Assembly (NCBI GenBank): GCA_963844965.1
Contig: CAWJQC010000009.1
Span: 32,001 to 96,000, forward strand
Length of the DNA: 64,000 bases
Source of the DNA: an uncultured bacterium
Lineage (GTDB): Bacteria > Patescibacteriota > Minisyncoccia > UBA6257 > 2-01-FULL-56-20
Reading direction: 5' to 3'
Part shown: positions 31,808 through 42,556 of the stretch, one piece after another
Numbering within the stretch: position 1 is the stretch's first letter
Layout of the letters: each line of letters begins with the position of its first letter
Position numbers and translations under genes: made by a program
Notes under the pieces: generated by a model
What the model saw: the letters and a program-made list of their open reading frames with translations, nothing else
What the model was told of the DNA's origin: nothing
Database searches by the model: none

Positions 31808-33334
31808 TTAGAGGGTGGGGTAAATGAGCATCCTCCTTCTATCGTCAGGGTCTGCTTCTTGGGCTATCAGTCCGGCATTTTCCAGCATCGGGATAATCTG
31901 TTGTCGCAAAAGCCAATCTGGGAGCGGCCGTCCATACACTTGGAAGTGTTTTTGCGTTATTTCCCGTCTTGTAAGCCCGCATGGGGCGCTCGCCATACCA
32001 TCATCATTCCTGCTTTGGTTCTTCTCCTCCCATAGAGGAATAATCACTTCGTTGAAAATCTGGTATACATACGGCGGCAGGTTCAGCTCTTGGCTTTCAG
32101 ATATAGCGTCCCACACTTTAAAGGCATTTTTGATGTCATCCTCATTCGCCACGATGGTTGAGCCGTCTCTCTCCCTGAACCAAACATTCAACAAGGCAAA
32201 TGCCTTAATAAGTGATAAAATACGTCCGATGTCTCGCTGGTGGCGCGGCTTCAACCTCTTGTTTGCGCTGAAAAATCCCTCCCCCACTTTTTCCGGCGTG
32301 CCTATTTTTATGTCGCTTATATGCGCCTGCCTAATTGCCAGTATCCGCTCTTTAAGAAGTTTGCGCTCCGGCTTTTCGTCCAACGCCAGTTGGTATGCTT
32401 CATTGTCGGCTTCTTTTCGTATTTTCTCATAAATTGCCTCCCGTATCTTTTCTTGGTCTGTCTGGGGACTTAACAATATAAATCTCGTCGTTTCCTGCTC
32501 GTCTGCTTTTAGTCCCGCCGTGCAAAAAATAACGGAGGGAAACCCCCTTAAAAATATATTTTTCGTTTTTAGCCCGCCTCGCTGTGTCTTATCGGTAATC
32601 TTGAGCTTTATCTCTTTTCTATCGTGCGAAAGTAGCGGGCGGAGATGTTGGAGAAGCAAGGTATGTGGCTGGTCAAGAAAAATGAGAATCTTACGGGACA
32701 AATCAACGACAAGTTCATTCGTCTCTTTTCTATACTCTTTTGCCTTATCGTGGAAAAATGCCGTTGGTGAGCAGTAGCCAAGTTCAATAATATCTTCTTG
32801 CGGAAATAATTGAGCAATTTCTGTTGGGATATAAGATTTACCAGTTGAAGAGGGGGCATTAAAACTGATATTGAGTTGTGCGTTCTCGGTATAGGCGGAA
32901 AGCTCGCAAAGGAAAGTAATGAGCTTATTCTCTTCGTCTTTTTTGATGGTTATGCCAAGTATTTTAAGAATCTCTTCGGATGAAAGCGGCTTGAATTGCG
33001 AGGTGTCAATCGGCATTTCCGGCGCTGGTTCGGAGTTTGTGTCCGCCAAAGGAGGTGTTTCGGCTGCATCTGCTATCGCCCTTCTCTCTTTAGGAATGGT
33101 CTCTTGGGTTTCCTCAATTCCCATTTCCTTCAGGATTTCGGTCAGTTCTGCTTCTTTTCTACAAAACCAACAAGTGCCACGCCCAGTTTCTGTATTGATA
33201 TGTAGCGCATCCTTCGTGCCAGAGACAGCATCGGCGCAATAAGGACAGCCGATTCTTAAGAAGTTGCCCACGACTTCATACTCTATCTTATTTTTGTTGA
33301 GTAGTTTCTTTAGGTCTATTAGATTTATTTTCAT
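31808..33334 (-). CDS. Primase-helicase-like replication protein (N-terminal zinc-binding motif + P-loop NTPase)
   Basis: CPYCAD…CWFC zinc motif, Walker A FNAPSSTGKSY, and a Walker-B-like ILIFLDQ. Confidence 0.55.
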   Translation of the reverse strand: MKINLIDLKKLLNKNKIEYEVVGNFLRIGCPYCADAVSGTKDALHINTETGRGTCWFCRKEAELTEILKEMGIEETQETIPKERRAIADAAETPPLADTNSEPAPEMPIDTSQFKPLSSEEILKILGITIKKDEENKLITFLCELSAYTENAQLNISFNAPSSTGKSYIPTEIAQLFPQEDIIELGYCSPTAFFHDKAKEYRKETNELVVDLSRKILIFLDQPHTLLLQHLRPLLSHDRKEIKLKITDKTQRGGLKTKNIFLRGFPSVIFCTAGLKADEQETTRFILLSPQTDQEKIREAIYEKIRKEADNEAYQLALDEKPERKLLKERILAIRQAHISDIKIGTPEKVGEGFFSANKRLKPRHQRDIGRILSLIKAFALLNVWFRERDGSTIVANEDDIKNAFKVWDAISESQELNLPPYVYQIFNEVIIPLWEEKNQSRNDDGMASAPCGLTRREITQKHFQVYGRPLPDWLLRQQIIPMLENAGLIAQEADPDDRRRMLIYPTL

Positions 33335-33502
33335 CTTAATTTTTGATTATTTTGTTAAAATCTTTCATCTTTCGCGCCCGCCACAACTCTAACGCCTTCT
33401 CAAACACCCGATTATAGGCCCGCTCCACTCTGCATCTGCGCTCCATATCCTCATCCTCCGTCATCCCTGCGGGCTCGTGATAAAATATTTTCAATGGCGT
33501 TC

Positions 33503-33754
33503 TCATTGGCTTTCGTAGAGCCGCCCCTTAATAATCCGCATCGCGTTGAAGTAGGCCGCCGGCTCGACCTTTAGCTCCCCGCGCCAGTAGCCCGTAATCA
33601 GTTCGTCCAATTTGGCATCCCGCTTGAAAATGAACTGCGCCTTGCGTGGATTCTCGCGGTCTATTGCTTCGAGCGGATAGAAAAGCGAAAGTGCCGTCGC
33701 GAGGGCGAGGTCTTGTGTCTTTACCAAATCATTTTCGTTTAATCGCGGAATCAT
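33503..33754 (-). CDS. Hypothetical protein
   Basis: 83-aa ORF. Confidence 0.4.
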   Translation of the reverse strand: MIPRLNENDLVKTQDLALATALSLFYPLEAIDRENPRKAQFIFKRDAKLDELITGYWRGELKVEPAAYFNAMRIIKGRLYESQ

Positions 33755-33855
33755 TCATGGCGATGACTCCGGCGAAATTAAAAAGCCGAAGCTCATCATG
33801 CTTCGACTTTACTAAATCGTCAGGTGAGTCAATTACGACTCAATTGCTTCACATC

Positions 33856-34632
33856 TTAATAATTCCGTTTTATTGTTTTTTCTTGCCAAGTAAATAATTC
33901 GTCATCTGTGTTGCACACTTCTTTTATCCGTTTGTTCAGGGCATCCATAGCGTCATAAACCACTCGCCAGTTTTCTCTGGTTGCTGGCGGTTTCCCGAAA
34001 AATGCTTTGTAATATCCGACTATTCCCTCATAAATTTTAGACCAATCTATGGGTTCGCTCGCTCTATACTCATACATCGCACGACAAAGAAAATGCTCAT
34101 TTTTATAGGGTGGAATTTGGCAATTTTGAGTTCCAATGTACAACAGCGCCTTATCATCGTCATATTTTATCCCCATAGATTTTAGGCTAATTTTTGGTTT
34201 TGTGGTATTTTCTATCGTTTCTTTTTCATCGCCATCCGGTTTTGGAGCGATGGCATCAAATTTTTCCGTGTCAATCTCCAAAATATAAACCGGCTTATCG
34301 TAATCCTTATCTGGAGAAGAAACGAAGTTTGGCCGCTTTGGATAGGTGGGTTGCGGCGCATGAGGCGCAAACATGTGTATCTTTTTAAGAACAACGCGAC
34401 CTTGCGCCATCCTCTCAAATCCTAATTTTATATCTTGGTCATCTAAACCCTCACTTAAGAGTTTCTCATGATATATCGGAATGTGAAGCGTTTTAATGCC
34501 AAACGGCCTCCGGTATTCCAGCGCATCATCTATTACTCCTAAAAGTATTTCATATTTATTCTTCATTTTCATTGTCATTATTGCCTTTATTTTACCACCT
34601 TTTCCGCGCTCCGGCAACATAAAATCAGACAA
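33856..34632 (-). CDS. Hypothetical protein
   Basis: 258-aa ORF with no recognised motif. Confidence 0.4.
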   Translation of the reverse strand: MSDFMLPERGKGGKIKAIMTMKMKNKYEILLGVIDDALEYRRPFGIKTLHIPIYHEKLLSEGLDDQDIKLGFERMAQGRVVLKKIHMFAPHAPQPTYPKRPNFVSSPDKDYDKPVYILEIDTEKFDAIAPKPDGDEKETIENTTKPKISLKSMGIKYDDDKALLYIGTQNCQIPPYKNEHFLCRAMYEYRASEPIDWSKIYEGIVGYYKAFFGKPPATRENWRVVYDAMDALNKRIKEVCNTDDELFTWQEKTIKRNY

Positions 34633-34827
34633 AAAACCGCCCCTTGCCGGCGGAAAATTCTCCCATTACGGATTACAGAAGGGGGTGGCAGGAGGGGCTG
34701 GAGATACCCTTTTTAGCGCCCCCATCATATCACTGGTGCTCATACGCACGCATCCCCTTAATATCGGGGGCATTGATACATACCCGATCCGATACCTGAC
34801 CCTATGCTGTTTCCTTATAAAACCGCA

Positions 34828-35103
34828 CTAACGCCAAACGAGGGGAAAAACCGCCATCGCGCCCTTTGAGGCCTGCTTTTTCTTTGGCTTTTTTCGCTCC
34901 TCCTTCGGAAGTTCGGGAATCCCATGCTCATCCGCCAGCATCACCTCGCTATGGTATATGCGCCATTTCCTGCCTATCTTAAAGCCCCGCAACTGCCCTC
35001 TTTCAAGGAAGCGGCGAATAGTTTTGATACTCACGGCCCAATGCCGCGCTAAATTTCTGGTCGTCCAAGAGCGTTGGACAATAAGCGCTTCGTCTCTGTC
35101 CAT
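34828..35103 (-). CDS. Excisionase/MerR-like HTH protein
   Basis: …WTTRNLARHWAVSIKTIRRFLERGQLRGFKIGRKWRI…. Confidence 0.55.
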   Translation of the reverse strand: MDRDEALIVQRSWTTRNLARHWAVSIKTIRRFLERGQLRGFKIGRKWRIYHSEVMLADEHGIPELPKEERKKPKKKQASKGAMAVFPLVWR

Positions 35104-35333
35104 GGATTGACTTCCTCCTTTGGGGCTTCGGCCAAGCCCTCGCGGGTTAATCGTAGCGCCTCCTCGTAGGGTATGCGGCGCAATTTTCCGAGCTTCACGC
35201 TTCTTATCTTCTGGCTTTTAATCCACCGGTTAATGGTCGCTATGCTGACGGAAAGCTGACGGGCGAGTTCCTTTGTTTTCCACGCGCGCTCCACAAAGTA
35301 TTCGTTGTAGCTCATGGTATAATTATACTCCAT
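35049..35333 (-). CDS. Excisionase/MerR-like HTH protein
   Basis: …WKTKELARQLSVSIATINRWIKSQKIRSVKLGKLRRI…; paralogous to the previous gene. Confidence 0.55.
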   Translation of the reverse strand: MEYNYTMSYNEYFVERAWKTKELARQLSVSIATINRWIKSQKIRSVKLGKLRRIPYEEALRLTREGLAEAPKEEVNPWTETKRLLSNALGRPEI

Positions 35334-35405
35334 GCGAGCATCATCTTATCCCCATCCACATCCACAACGCTTTACTTTAGCCCACAGATTGCTATTATTC
35401 AAATC

Positions 35406-35993
35406 ATGGCAGAGCCAATATCGCAGGAGAAGGAGGTTGTTTACATCAATTATTTTGACGGAATTGATATGGAAAGGGTGCGCCTCTTGATGGGCGTTTG
35501 CACACAAATTTTAGGCCAACTCAAACCAAAAACTTTATATTTTCTTTTCGCATCTCCTGGGGGACAGGTGGATGCAGGTATCGCTTTGTATAATTTTCTT
35601 AAAGCCATTCCTCCAAAAATCGTGATGCACAATATGAGTTCGGTGGATTCAATTGGAACTGTAGTTTTTCTTGCTGGGGATGAACGATACGCCTCTCCAA
35701 ACACCACTTTCCTTTTCCATGGTGTGAGTACTCAATTCCAGAAAGAAGCTGCCCTTAATTTAAGTCAAATCAAAGAAATAGAAAGCCGGCTCTCGGAAGA
35801 CCAAAATAAAATAGCTGGTATCATTGCTGACAACAGCCAAATTACAAAAGAAGAGGTGCAAAGGTTATTCGCTCAAGGAGAAACTAAATCCTTGGACTTC
35901 GCCAAGCAAAAAGGGTTCATCACTGACATTAAATCCCTCCGCCTCTCTCACGAGGATGTTCTTATCAATGTTGGTTTCCAAAGTAAGGGATAG
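35406..35993 (+). CDS. ClpP-like (S14 family) serine protease
   Basis: FASPGGQVDAGIALYNFL (ClpP SPGG box), a catalytic Ser context in NMSSVDSIGTVVFLAG, and His in FLFHGV. Confidence 0.6.
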   Translation: MAEPISQEKEVVYINYFDGIDMERVRLLMGVCTQILGQLKPKTLYFLFASPGGQVDAGIALYNFLKAIPPKIVMHNMSSVDSIGTVVFLAGDERYASPNTTFLFHGVSTQFQKEAALNLSQIKEIESRLSEDQNKIAGIIADNSQITKEEVQRLFAQGETKSLDFAKQKGFITDIKSLRLSHEDVLINVGFQSKG

Positions 35994-36136
35994 CTTTTCC
36001 CGTTCTAAATAGGGAAATCCCGCATAGAAGTAATTGGTGTCAGACAACTTTTTTTCTTTTTCCGGCATAGTCATGTACCCAGTATACCAAATCTCCACAA
36101 CGGTGCAAATGCGTCCACGGTTTTAATTTAATTGCG

Positions 36137-38115
36137 CTAATTACTGAAAAAACGATAGCAAACTCCATGTATTGTCTGGATACTTATCGTCTCGTTATAT
36201 ATGTTATTATCCCCTATACTGGCGCAATCTACCTCCTCAAATATGCCCGTAGAATAAGTCCCATTATTATCGTGAATGGTATTATACATAATTGTGTTTG
36301 CATCAAAAATACCATCGCCATTATTTTGAATATTGTTTAGCAGTACCTTGTCGCCGTCAAAAATTCCCGCATAATGGCGGCCTGTCCCACCGGACCCATC
36401 GGGAGCTTGCCATATACATACCCGCCTTTAGCTGAATTTTGAATTGTTAAATATTGAATTGTGCTGTTTTTTGCCCCCACTACTGTATTCCCGGTATTAC
36501 TACCGTCTATTATTGTTTTATTTTCATCTTCTCCGTAAATACTAACTCCATCTTTTAGCACAACATTTTCATAATAAGTACCGTCGGCTATTTTAATATT
36601 ATCTCCGCTTTGAGCGGCGTTTATTGCCGCTTGAATTGTTGGATAATCGGCTGGCACATTAATGACATTTTGCAATTGCGTAGAAAAAGATTTTTGATCG
36701 CTCGTAGCCGTATTACCACTTTTATCAGAAGCGTTTATTTTATAATTATAAATTGTCCCCGGTAATAATCCTGTAACAGAAATACTGTGGCTCGTTGAAA
36801 GCGTGGAATCAGATAATACTAATACGTCATAATCTCCAAAGGGAGAATATGATAATTGGATGGTACTGGGTTCGTCTGTTGTGAGTGAAATCACCGCAGA
36901 ATTTGTGGTTGTATTAGATGATTGGATATTAGATATTACGGGTGGCATGCTATCGCAAGAGGTCGTCTCGTCAGGTTTTCCAGTAGTAATTCCACAATGC
37001 ATCAAATCGTTGCAGGTTCGTGTTTGTTGAGAATTTGCACAAGTGCTCCATGAGCCACATTGCCAGTTAGGAGTACACGTACATGATTGCGTCAAAGCCG
37101 GTTCTCCGGTTGAAACGCCGCAACTGTTTGAATCGTTGCAGGTTCGTGTTTGCATAGAATTCAAGCAGGTGTTCCAATTTGTGCATTGCCAATTTGGGGT
37201 ACAATTAACCGTTGTTGAACAACTGGTAGTTTGAGTTTGCCCGCCAAAATTAACAGTAAGATTGGCTGTTTTAGTACCTGCTTGAGAAAAAGAATTTGAA
37301 CAGCTTGATTTAGACCCAACACAATCACCAGTCCAAGAATAAATATAAGTACCAGTTCCTCCTAAAATTGCGACAGAGGAAGAAAATGTTACCGATTGGT
37401 TTGTTTGGTATGAGTTTGAATTTGCCGAACAAGAAACGGAAAGCGTTGCTGTGGGCGGAGTGCACGATTGAGTTAAAATTGGCTCTCCGGTTGCAACTCC
37501 ACAATTATTTGAATTGCTACAAGTCCTCATTTGTTGGGAATTTGCACAAGTGCTCCATGAGCCACATTGCCAATTTGGAGTACATGCTGGTGGCGTAGTA
37601 TTTTGTTGAATTTGCTGAAGCGTTTGATTTGTTTGCTGTTGGGCCGCTAACTGTTTTTGCAACAAGGCAACCTGCTGCAGAAGTGCGCTCAATTGCGACT
37701 GCAGTGAATTATTAATGTCATTCGTAGTTGCGGGCGGCGTTGGAGTTGGCGGCGTTGAACTGGTTTCCGCAATCGCCTGCGCGTTGGATGCCGAAAGCTG
37801 TTGCGACAATATCGCGTTTGCTGCCGTTCTTGTGAGCGGCCCGAAATATCCCGCGGGTGGCGTTATGTCTTGAGTAGTTTGGAATTGCTTGACCCCCGCG
37901 AGCGTCAAAGAAAAGAAATTGCCGCTGATTGGGCCGGAATATACGCCTTGAGATGTAAGAAATTCTTGGAGCTTGGTAACGTCGGAATCGCCCTGTATGC
38001 CGAAATATAAATCTTTTGTGAATAAGGTTTGCGCCTTGACCACTGGAATACCAAAGGAAGCCACGAGAAGAACTGCGATAACAAATTTTTTCATATTCAT
38101 TTTCATTGTTTTCAT
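36137..38115 (-). CDS. Secreted multidomain protein: signal peptide, peptidoglycan-binding domain, 3 Cys/Trp-rich repeats, FN3-like domain and right-handed beta-helix; split by a homopolymer frameshift near 36359-36363
   Basis: PG_binding_1-like LQEFLTSQGVYSGPISGNF…, three copies of CTPNWQCGSWSTCANSQQTRTCNDSNSCG, and PbH1-type repeats (IKIADGTYYENVVL…). After the annotated stop the other frame continues with beta-helix repeats (…FDGDKVLLNNIQNNGDGIFDANTIMYNTIHDNNGTY…). Lengthening the T5 run to T6 joins the two frames. Confidence 0.6.
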
Positions 38116-38128
38116 GGCACTCTTTTTT

Positions 38129-38332
38129 CTAACGAACAACATTAACCATCGCACAATCTCCTTCGTAACACTTTAGAAGGTCTAATATACTGCCTGCAGG
38201 GTTGTTGCTGTAAATATCGGATGTTGTTTTATAAATCTTTTCCAACTGCGAGGAAATGCGAAACAGTAAAACAATCGCCACTATCAGCAAAGCGACTATT
38301 ACCCATAGGGGGCTCGTAGATTTTAAATCCAT
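38129..38332 (-). CDS. Small membrane protein (holin-like, speculative)
   Basis: 67-aa ORF with 1 TM helix. Confidence 0.35.
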   Translation of the reverse strand: MDLKSTSPLWVIVALLIVAIVLLFRISSQLEKIYKTTSDIYSNNPAGSILDLLKCYEGDCAMVNVVR

Positions 38333-38338
38333 AAAAAT

Positions 38339-38554
38339 TTATTTTTTATCAGCCCAAAGTTTGTAAAGAATGAAGGTAATAATTCCAAAGAAAATAAAGA
38401 AGAATGGAACAGTGATTAAGCTCCCAATTATAACTGTATAGCCGTTGAGAGAATATCTCCCATCAAGAACGCCCAGAAAATATGAAGAATAGAACCCAAC
38501 AATCGGAGATAAAATTAAATAAATAGTGATGATTATTTTTTGAGATTTATTCAT
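38339..38554 (-). CDS. Small two-TM membrane protein (holin-like, speculative)
   Basis: 71-aa ORF with two hydrophobic helices. Confidence 0.4.
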   Translation of the reverse strand: MNKSQKIIITIYLILSPIVGFYSSYFLGVLDGRYSLNGYTVIIGSLITVPFFFIFFGIITFILYKLWADKK

Positions 38555-39095
38555 ATAATTTTATTTTTCCATATTTTAAATCTAACCAAAAAGGGACTAA
38601 CCGCACCACCTTGCGTCCCACAGTTTCAGACACCACGAGGGCATCTTTAGTGGAAGATGGGCGATTAGCCCCTTCCTGCACTAAAGAAAAACCCTCTGGC
38701 GACACAAAACCGTAGGACGCACCTTTACTATACCACGATAGCCCCGCAAGGCAACAAAAGCAACCGCCCGTTCGTGGGGCGATGTCCCACTCTTTTTTGA
38801 AACTCCAAAGAAAACTAACCCTATGGGGTTAAATCAAAAAGCCGGCGCGGACTTTCCCGCCGGCCCGAAACCGCGCCGAAATTGAATCACCGCCCCGCCC
38901 CCGCCGTGCCGCTCAAAGCCGGTCTGCGCCCTCTCGCTGGAAACGGCATCCTAATCGTAAATTCAAATGGAATCAGTTTTAATCTGCCTTCGCTCTCAAC
39001 CCCGTGTCGTGTTGTGTTCGCTCCATACCTATGGATAGTTTCATTTGTGTTAATATTAAAGAAAAGTCGCGTAATTAACAAATAGTATAAACGAT

Positions 39096-40490
39096 ATGAA
39101 TAAAAAAATTGTTTTTACGGCCGCTTCGGCCGCATTTCTGCTCGTAGTTTTATTGGCAAACGCCCAAATGCCGGTTCCTGCCGCTAATAACGCAGAAGCG
39201 TCTGGTGTCGGCACGGTGGCATCGAGCGCAACCGCAACGGTTGTTCCTGGAGCCATGAATCCAACTTTTATCATCAACCCGGTATCTCCAACGCTTGGCG
39301 GAAGTAATTCTTCGGGAACACCGGTCATGAATCCGCCGATTATAGCAAGACCCATATTGCCGCCGACGCAGGGCAATAATATTATCCAATTCAACAACCT
39401 AACCGTACAAAGCGTTTCGGCAACCACCCCGCCGGCAGAAATTGTAGCCAATGGCGGTATCTATAACATTCAGAGCGGCGGCACAACACCGCCAACGATG
39501 CAGCCGATGAATGCGCAAGTTTTCCCGCAAGCCACGCAGACATCTTCAATGAATTATTTGCAATCCAAATGTTTGAGGTATGAAAGTTTAGAGTCAAATT
39601 CCCCGATGGTAATCGCCTGCCCTGTTCCTCAAACTTCCGCTCCCGCGAGTTCAACCGTCACTGTCTCGCCCGGAGCAACCGCAATAATGCCAGTAGTGCC
39701 ACCGATATATCGCGGCGGACAATATCGTCTTGAGGTATCCACAACGACCCACCTCATGTTTAATGACCGTACATCGGCGGCATTAACCGATTTCTCGCCC
39801 GGCGATCAAATAAACGTTTACGGCATATACAATGAGGACGGAACCGTAGACGCGCTTATCGTTCGCAATCTTTCCAAGCCGTTCACAAAGCAGTTTGTCC
39901 AGCTCAACAACGTTAATTTGGTTTCGGTCTCGGCGACAACCACTCCGGCAACGCTTGTGGTCGCGCAGCAAATCGCCAATCCCTGTTACGGTTTCGGCAC
40001 CGATGGTAACACTAGGCAGGGAGCCATAGCCTGCCCCACGGGACTGCAATCGTTATCCGACAATGCCGCGTCGCAGAATGTCACGGTGCCGCAAGCCATA
40101 ATGCCCATTTTCAACCAATCGCGGAAGTATGTGATACAAATCGACACGCAAACAATACTGATGGACCGTGAGCGGGGTACACTCGCGCTTGGTGATCTCA
40201 AGATTGGTGATCAATTGAATATTTACGGCGCGACGCTGGACACAAACGGCGCGACGATTAATGCGGATATCGTCCGCGACCTCACGCAACCTCCGGTGGC
40301 GCAGAACTACAGTGGCCGCGTTACTCAGGTGAACGCCGACGGCTCGTTCGTGATTCAGAACTGACGGCGGCGAAACGTACACGGTGCAAAATCCGATACA
40401 AGTCGGCGCGACGGTCCAGCTCAAGGGGTTATTGGACCAGCTGCAAAAAATTATATCGCAGGTTTCTCAGATTATATTGCAGTGAATAAC
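39096..40490 (+). CDS. Secreted repeat protein with a signal peptide, a Pro/Thr-rich region and three beta-rich repeats of about 55 aa; the last repeat is split by a frame change at about 40362
   Basis: MNKKIVFTAASAAFLLVVLLANA signal. The repeats are …SPGDQINVYGIYNEDGTVDALIVRNLS… and …LGDLKIGDQLNIYGATLDTNGATINADIVRDLT… After TGA (40362..40364) the +1 frame continues …DGGETYTVQNPIQVGATVQLKGLLDQLQKIISQVSQIILQ*. Confidence 0.5.
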
Positions 40491-40550
40491 GGGCGAGAAT
40501 CACCCAACCAAAAAAGAAGGCGGAAACTAGGCAACGTTTCCGCCTTTTGG

Positions 40551-40724
40551 CTTACACCGCCCAGCCATAGCCATCTTCCCATTGTTCACTGCCGTCTTCG
40601 AGCGGATTTATCACCCCGGTTTCTTCCGCTTCCAGCTTCTTCGTTTCTGGAGTTTCATTTTTTGGCCGTACTTCAACCGTCTTTCCATTCGATGTCGACT
40701 GATCGTAAGGTCTTGACATTGTTC
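40551..40724 (-). CDS. Small acidic hypothetical protein (57 aa)
   Basis: MSRPYDQSTSNGKTVEVRPKNETPETKKLEAEETGVINPLEDGSEQWEDGYGWAV, with a GGAGGTGAACA-ATG Shine-Dalgarno. The upstream region at 40725..40870 contains three palindromes. Confidence 0.35.
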
Positions 40725-41049
40725 ACCTCCCAAAGAGCTATCTGCGATTCAGACCGTTTTCTGGTCTGAAAATTGATTATTTTCCAAACAATCAATTTTC
40801 AGGCCGGCATTGATTTAAAAAACCTCCTTTGGCGGGGAGGTCTTTTGCATTTTGATTTTGATATTTTATCGGTTTTTTACATATATGCAAGACCCCCTCG
40901 CCGTTTTCGGAGAATAAGTACAAGCAGAAGGCCAAGAAGACTCCGGGAGGACAAGGGCAAACTTTGAATTGCGAGATATGGCGTGTTCATTGTCATTTAG
41001 GTTCAGTTTATAGTGTTTGTCGGCTATGTCAAGAGCGCCCTGTGGAAAA

Positions 41050-41415
41050 TTAAATGCCGCTGTTTTTCTTTACGCCTCGCGCCATTTCAAAAAGCGCGAG
41101 CGCTCCCATCAAAAGCCCGACGTCCCTGAACGTGATGTCCAAGATGTTCAAATTCAGAACAACTATCGCCGCGAGCGTTATGGCGGCGAGGAGCGAAACC
41201 CAAACGAGCTTGCGGCCCCAGAAAAGAAAAGCTGCGAGTATTATCTCATAAACGGAAAATGCGGCGGAGAGTAAGTTTGAGAACGGCATGTTCTGCAAAA
41301 ACTGGGGAAAATATCCGGCCCAGTCGTCGGATTTAATAAGTCCGGCTATGGCGGCGTAGAAGAAAACAAATGCCAGTCCCCAGCGCAAAATAATCTCGGC
41401 GGAATTTCTGTTCAT
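41050..41415 (-). CDS. DoxX-like small membrane protein (putative)
   Basis: 121-aa ORF with 4 TM helices. Confidence 0.4.
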   Translation of the reverse strand: MNRNSAEIILRWGLAFVFFYAAIAGLIKSDDWAGYFPQFLQNMPFSNLLSAAFSVYEIILAAFLFWGRKLVWVSLLAAITLAAIVVLNLNILDITFRDVGLLMGALALFEMARGVKKNSGI

Positions 41416-41425
41416 CCGTTTGTAT

Positions 41426-42433
41426 TTACATTATACCTTTCGGGGTCTTACTTATTCGCACCTCCGAACCTGGCACGGTCACCCACTCGTCGTTAACCAA
41501 TTCCTGGGTTGCCTTGAAAGATACGACCGCTTCCTCTTTGGGATGAACTCGGTCTTCTCCTTTTACCATTCTACTAAAAATTACGTCGCGCAGTTCCCGT
41601 TTCTGGTCGTCTTCGTACTTGTGTAATATCTCGCAATCGCTCAAGAAAATTTTATGCCAGCTGCCACTGGGGTAGCCTGGCTCCCCGATAATTTCTTCCT
41701 CAACTTCTTCAACGTCGTGTTCAGCTGGATTCGCGGGGGTGGAAGATATTTCCCTTATAAGACGACGTCGCTTATCGCCCTCACGCCATTCCCTGATGAC
41801 TTGATATTCTTCTTTTTTCGGTTCATCCACGCCTGCTTGTTCCATGTTTTTTATTATCTTTGATACAGCCCGACAAGATACCGCTTGTGCAAGTAAATAC
41901 CTATTTATCTCCGCCTCAAGAGATTTTTTGTCCGAACCCGACTTTAAGTCAATTACAGCGCTTAGCGCGTAAATTGTAAAGTGATAGTGGTGAACTCCGG
42001 ATGGCGGGCAGGGACCGACGTAAGAAATCGTACCCGAACCATTTTTCCCTTCAATACTGCCGGCCGGCAAATCGCCATCCTCAATAACGGACGTCTTCGG
42101 GTCAATGTTCCAAACCAGCCAGTGCGTGAAGCCGCCGGCCATCGGCGCGTCCGGATCGTGCATTATGAGCGCCAAGCTTTTTGCTCCGGCCGGCACGCCG
42201 GAAATATCCAACTCGGGAATTGTATTTTCCCCGTCGCAGGTGAATCTCCTTGGAATATAGCCGTTATTTTCAAATGAGGTGCTTGTGATAGTCATAGAAT
42301 TATTTATTGGGTTATTGTTGATGGTTGATGTTGCTGGAGTCGTCGTTATCCGAGACGCACGAAAAATATAAGCCGATACGAAGATTATAGCAAAAATTAT
42401 GAATATTACGGTAATTCTCCGCGTTTTAGACAT
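41426..42433 (-). CDS. YbhB/YbcL-family PEBP (Raf-kinase-inhibitor-like) protein with an N-terminal TM anchor and a C-terminal acidic extension of about 150 aa
   Basis: …CDGENTIPEL…ALIMHDPDAPMAGGFTHWLVWNI…GPCPPSGVHHYHFTIYAL…. Confidence 0.7.
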   Translation of the reverse strand: MSKTRRITVIFIIFAIIFVSAYIFRASRITTTPATSTINNNPINNSMTITSTSFENNGYIPRRFTCDGENTIPELDISGVPAGAKSLALIMHDPDAPMAGGFTHWLVWNIDPKTSVIEDGDLPAGSIEGKNGSGTISYVGPCPPSGVHHYHFTIYALSAVIDLKSGSDKKSLEAEINRYLLAQAVSCRAVSKIIKNMEQAGVDEPKKEEYQVIREWREGDKRRRLIREISSTPANPAEHDVEEVEEEIIGEPGYPSGSWHKIFLSDCEILHKYEDDQKRELRDVIFSRMVKGEDRVHPKEEAVVSFKATQELVNDEWVTVPGSEVRISKTPKGIM

Positions 42434-42522
42434 TGTTTTAGACTATCAATTTATCAGTATATTACCTTCAAAATTAATGTTAAGTGCCGAAAAATTCAGT
42501 AAAATCAGGAAAAAATCGGCTG

Positions 42523-42550
42523 TTGACAAATATATAGAATCTGCTACAAT
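42523..42550 (+). promoter_or_regulatory. Near-consensus sigma70 promoter, TTGACA-N16-TACAAT
   Basis: TTGACA at 42523..42528 and TACAAT at 42545..42550; no protein gene follows. Confidence 0.6.
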
Positions 42551-42556
42551 ATGAGC

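Noticed and set aside
31824-32432. 202-aa plus-strand ORF
   Set aside because: Antisense to the primase-helicase gene; Ser/Leu-rich junk.
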